A stretch of 64,000 nt of DNA. It comes from Balanoglossus misakiensis. Taxonomy: Eukaryota > Animalia > Hemichordata. This document shows, piece after piece, positions 59,440-64,000 of this stretch; positions within the stretch are counted from its first letter, which is position 1; every line of letters begins with the position of its first letter. The stretch is from positions 9,117,129-9,181,128 of the forward strand of contig CM082576.2 in the NCBI GenBank assembly GCA_040954595.2. Reading direction: 5' to 3'. A program made the position numbers and the translations under genes. The notes below the pieces were generated by a model. That model saw only the letters and a list, made by a program, of their open reading frames with translations. It searched no databases and was not told where the DNA came from.

Positions 59440-60279
59440 TCACATAGTACATGTACTGTCATATCCTTTATCTTTCAACATATCGGTTATGACATCAAAG
59501 AGTTCACTTTGTGCCACACTAAAATACTTTTTCCAACTTCCGACACCCTCGCACGTACGATAGGAGATGGCGCCTCGGTGGTCCCCGCCAAAGAAACTCA
59601 ACTTCTCGTTGAGGTCGAGCATGTCGGACAGTTCCAGCTCGGCGACGACGTTCCGCTTCAGGGCGTCCGGCGTCGGCAAACTGAGAAACCGGCAGAGATC
59701 TTCCACGGCGCTTCGCGGGTCGCTCTTCAAGAGTTCGTACCTCAGGAAGAGCGAGTTGGGCGGCTTGTTGTCCAGCCAGCTGGCGACGTGCTCCAACCAA
59801 GATCCGTACGGCACCCGGCCAGCGGAGAAGCTCTGTACGAATTCGTCCCACTGATTGGCACCGGCGGAAAAGAGCGAGGGCTGCTGCTGCTGATTCAGCA
59901 GATGGTGGTAGTAGGCGACGCACACGTCCTTGGGGTTTCTGATTATTACTATCGTTTTAGATATGCCGTGTCGACGTGGAAATAGTTGGTGCGGAAGATG
60001 GGATGTCATGAGCCGGGGCGATGTTGCCGTCGCGCACTCCCTGAACCCGCCACCCTCGCGATACGAGTCGAGAAAGGGCACCCTGCCGTGTTCAGTAACT
60101 TTCAGTGTGCCCCAATCCCCGTAGAGCTGCCGCAGGACACTTTCAAGGAGGTCTGTCCCAGATTGCGGGTAACCCACCAAAAACACGTCATCATAGCGGA
60201 CCTCGAAATCTCGTACAGCATTCATAAGGTCGGAATCGACCCAGTTGCTGTTACCCAATTCTGCATTATACGTTGCCAT
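59440..60279 (-). CDS. Intronless cytosolic sulfotransferase (SULT)-fold protein, ~279 aa, with degenerate PAPS-binding residues
   Basis: FEVRYDDVFLVGYPQSGT, RVPFLD, SPRLMTSHLP, IIRNPKDVCVAYYH, VPYGSWLEHVASW, LRYELLKSDP, GVGSWKKYFSVAQSELFD follow the SULT1/SULT4 layout. Best-Kozak ATG (acgATGg) at 60279, alternative ATG at 60333, in-frame stops further upstream. AATAAA on minus strand at 59397-59402. Confidence 0.88.
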   Translation of the reverse strand: MATYNAELGNSNWVDSDLMNAVRDFEVRYDDVFLVGYPQSGTDLLESVLRQLYGDWGTLKVTEHGRVPFLDSYREGGGFRECATATSPRLMTSHLPHQLFPRRHGISKTIVIIRNPKDVCVAYYHHLLNQQQQPSLFSAGANQWDEFVQSFSAGRVPYGSWLEHVASWLDNKPPNSLFLRYELLKSDPRSAVEDLCRFLSLPTPDALKRNVVAELELSDMLDLNEKLSFFGGDHRGAISYRTCEGVGSWKKYFSVAQSELFDVITDMLKDKGYDSTCTM

Positions 60280-60420
60280 CGTCCTTACCACTCGCCAATC
60301 ATCAGTGAAACGTTGATTTCCTTCGAAATACATACATTGCCACACGTCCAAGAGTACGTACGTCGTTGTTGCTCATCAATCATCCAGGCCTGGTTGGTGT
60401 AAGGTCATTTCCAAAGTTCA

Positions 60421-60434
60421 CCGCCAGGGGGCGT
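60421..60434 (+). promoter_or_regulatory. CTCF-like motif CCGCCAGGGGGCG
   Basis: Close match to the CTCF core CC(A/G)C(C/T)AG(A/G)(G/T)GGCGC, just upstream of the SULT-like ORF. Confidence 0.4.
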
Positions 60435-63400
60435 CGCATTGTACTGATCGACTGGAATAAGTTTTCGCACATGGGTCGGGCACGTATTTGACTAAAAACG
60501 ACGTCATTTGCAAAGACCGTATGCGTTCCAGTTGGATTGACAGGACACAAGCAATAATATTGTGGAGGAGCGTCTCATTATAGATTTCTTGATAATCGTT
60601 GTACAAACGCGAGTCAAGGAATCGGACGATTTGGCCCTACTGGCTGTATGGTAGGGAAAATAAATGCTCACATCAGATTCCATATTTCAAGGCGCTGGGG
60701 AATTCTGTACGTCTCTATCGTGGTCAAAGTTAGGGTAAATTACGCGCTGATCAGCCCAAATTTCAATGTTATTTGCAAACGTTTCCTGACAATAAATCTT
60801 TCAGGTTAGAGCTAACGCTTCTGTCACACAATCCCACGGTGAGAGAATACACCCTTGTCGCTTACGCCAGTCCGAAAGTATGTCACCAATGCCTTCAACA
60901 TTGCCGCGGACAAAGAGAAAATATGCTGTGACATTACCACCTTTACACATTTCTCCCTTTACTTTTGTTTTGTTTTACTGTGTACAAGAATAATCCCGCC
61001 TCGATTCCGGCGGTCGCGTCTGTGGTAGTAGCTGTTGTACTTAGGCTCACAGGCACTAGACGTGTAATTGTCTGTGGTGAATCCGGAAATTTTTAACAGT
61101 TTATGCATGCTTATACCGAGAAATTACAAGTTCTGTGGGAGATTTTTGCACGGGCGTCTCTATCGTTCTTCGCAGTTTGCCGACAAAGGGCATAGCGGCT
61201 ATATACCTCCATGATTCACCAATGAAAGACAATGGGCTGGGAGTGTAACAAATTGGCAACGCAAAAGTTATTATGTATGTTTTATTACCCCCTCCCGTCG
61301 CGATTTGCCGTTAGTAGAACCCACGCCTGTAATATTGTAGTTGAATGGAATTTCAGCACCAACCGATAATTGGACCATTTGCATGTGACGAACCCCAACA
61401 AGGGTAATACGTCTATGGCGATTACAGGAACGAAACATGTGCCATATATACATTTAGTGTGCTGCCTACAATTCAAGGAAGAATATGATCCAGTTTGAAG
61501 CGCTTCGGAAGGTATATTAGGTTTCAGCATCCGCGCGCACCTGTTGCGCACCTGTTGTAAAGACATTCTCGCGAGCCAGAGTTGTATTTCCGCTCCATGA
61601 ACCAATGCAAACAATAACGGTTAGGCTCAAATGCAGTAGCTGTTGCCGTTAAAGGGGTCCGTGGTTTACGACGATACCCAGGCAGTGAAAGTAGGCTGGG
61701 GTCCTTTAAAGTGTCATGTCGGGTGCCAGAAGAAGGCCTCAAGAACAATCAAAAGTGAACGACATGAGACGCCGGCCACTTCCCGTGCGCTGACTGGACA
61801 CAAAAGAGTCGGCGTAATCGCGGACGTGCCGCGGACAGGACACCGCTAAGCCACGGTCGGCCGAAACAAAAGAAGAAACTCTCAGTGTCTATGGTCAAAC
61901 ACAGTGACACTTTGCGACCATTGTTCTTTACACCCAGACAACTAAAATGTGTTTAGCTTTAAACATATTCCTTTTATCTTTCTTGGTTTTCTTTTCTGAG
62001 CTCTTCCGGCGGGCACTTCTGTCATCTGCTGAAACAATGTCCGCTCTCTTTTTCTTCTAAATCCACATCCTGTTCTGTCCACGATGGTTGCCACAGGATT
62101 CTCTTTACGCGGTAGGTTTGGATATTAATCTCTTATTGGAACTTCCGTCGGATGGTCGCCATTTCCCCTCTCCTCGATTCCGCGCGGATGGAGACGCACA
62201 AATACCGCGATTGTTTATCATGCCGTGTGGTCCATTGATGAACGTCTGGGCTCCCCCAGAAAAAAAGCATTAAATTTTGATCACAAATACACATGTATTA
62301 ACCTTTGTCCTCCTTTTTTCAATCGGTCCCGCACATGAAATTCGGGGTGAAAGACCGGTGTGATCACGGGAACCAAATTCATAAACAGCCAATTAATGCA
62401 GGATTTACTCCTGTGGTATGGTGTTGGGGCAGTGTTCAGTGTTGTTCCCAGTAATGTGGCTATTGTTCGGGTATCTTATAAGCCGTACCAATACACGCAT
62501 GCAAGAAGACATCATGAGTATGTTGTGTTCAGTGCCTTCCCAAGGCATATAATGTCCCCGCCGAGTTACGAGCCCACGCTCAAACACCACTAGGCCAATA
62601 TGACTGGAAATACATTTATGCGGTTTGATCTTCCGGCATCCGATATCCTTGCGGCGGTGAGACACGGTCGCGGGCAAAGGTCTGTTCAAACCGCCGAGCG
62701 TAATTATTGGAAAGTTCACCATTCAAGTCACTGCTCCGAATCTGCTAGATTCGAAGTGTTGTCTGATTGGAAAATTTGGGGTGACGTCCCAGCTGAAGAA
62801 AACTACCCAAGGAAAGTGAACCTGTCTATCAGTCTATGACGCATTTTGGACAGTCACAAAATTGTCTGCATTTTATCTTATTGTCTTGGGACTTTGGCAG
62901 ACGATAGACACCCACTTGTGCGCCATAATTAAAACCCAGTGTATTATTAGCACATTAAATTAAATTGCCAGTCGACCTCTTTCTTTTCTATTTGCTCCTT
63001 TGCAGGGGTGTTAAAACATTCAAATTCAAATACTAGTTCTTAAAATGTGACAAGTGTCACAGAATGCCGGTTCCGGTGATTGGCAATAAAAATCTTCCCA
63101 TTGTCAGAGCTTTGTCGTTAATTTGGTATTGTTTGAATGTAAGTGGATTACTCAAAATAATTAGTCATCAAACACACTATTATTAACGATTGAACGATCC
63201 AATATGTGAAGGCCAATTAAATTGCAGATAGCACACCCCAATCTGTCGATTATACATCCGGCGTATATCTGTTCTCACATTCCCTTGCGGCCTGATTTGA
63301 AACCGAAAAAGCCCAATTGTGAGGAGTTCACTAATGACCATATATGGGCATGACGGACATGCGTTCTGTGGAAAGTACAAGTAATGAGCTAGCCTCGTTT

Positions 63401-64000
63401 TCATCGTGCGCTTTGAAGGTTCCCGCTGTTTGCTTTACACATATCGTCTTGGAATAAATGAACCAGTAGAGTCTATATAGCTAAAATAATGGAATATCAT
63501 TCCAGTGACGTCATTCTTTCCCGGATACATTCTTTAGAAATTAAATAACCCACTTCAATATGTACGTTGCCACACTTTAACACTACGGTGGCCTAGTTTT
63601 ATCAAGTGGACAGTGTTATGTAACATGGCATTTATTTTCTGTATCGCTTCAATGTCACCATAGACGCTTCCGAACGGGGGGGGGGGGGGGGACTTGCATG
63701 CCAGTGTTGCGAAAATGTCAGTAGCCCGGAACATCATTCCAGCACTCTGTAGTATATTTAAGTAAAACATGTTCCGAAATGTGAAATAAGTGTGTGAATG
63801 TGTGAACATTATTTGACCTCAGGGAACGTCATTATGGCCGCGACGCCACAAAGTAAAATACGGGGATTCGCCACAGATACTATACTAGTATATTGGCACT
63901 GAAATGTTTCTCACTGGTGAAAAGAAGATGTGTGCCAGTATATGGCAGTAGTCACTTTCTTTATCAGTTGTTTACATCAGTGATTTATTTAGTCGTTGCG

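Noticed and set aside
60280-60351. ORF-track start of the sulfotransferase at 60351
   Set aside because: It is a TTG; eukaryotic initiation is more likely at ATG 60279 (strong Kozak) or 60333
59401-60402. Long antisense and alternative-frame ORFs (194, 138, 134 aa) over the sulfotransferase
   Set aside because: Expected shadow ORFs of a GC-rich coding sequence
62360-62839. Two in-frame ORFs separated by a single TAG (possible readthrough or pseudogene)
   Set aside because: No recognisable protein similarity, no typical readthrough context, first ORF begins at GTG

Overview
Eukaryotic genomic DNA with GT-AG introns, from an animal. AT-rich introns, microsatellites and transposon types suggest a marine invertebrate, possibly a non-vertebrate deuterostome (inference only). 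Gene models were built by hand with exon phases checked. They are: (1) the last two exons of a gene ending in a Sin3-type PAH domain (+, 3024-4136); (2) a complete 18-exon K+-dependent Na+/Ca2+ exchanger, SLC24/NCKX3-4-like (+, 12762-35161, ~630 aa); (3) a ZNF451/ZATT-like protein with N-terminal SIMs, C2H2 fingers and a C-terminal PIN-like domain (+, 44421-48972); (4) the serine hydrolase RBBP9 (-, 49680-51554), carrying a 1-bp frameshift; (5) SRP54 (+, 52367-57123, 13 exons, ~505 aa), head-to-head with RBBP9; (6) an intronless sulfotransferase-fold gene with degenerate PAPS-binding motifs (-, 59440-60279). Two non-autonomous transposons are clear: a Helentron/HINE-type element with 237-bp internal repeats (23026-24756) and a 4.5-kb foldback (Academ-like) with 1.5-2.0 kb inverted arms partly built of 169/170-bp repeats (39391-43925). 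The best leads are a cluster of RFX X-boxes plus a cryptic in-frame alternative first exon in the NCKX gene, the ZNF451 homologue with reversed SIM order and an overlapping second reading frame, the giant hairpin element possibly inside the ZNF451 first intron, and the PAH-terminated protein.
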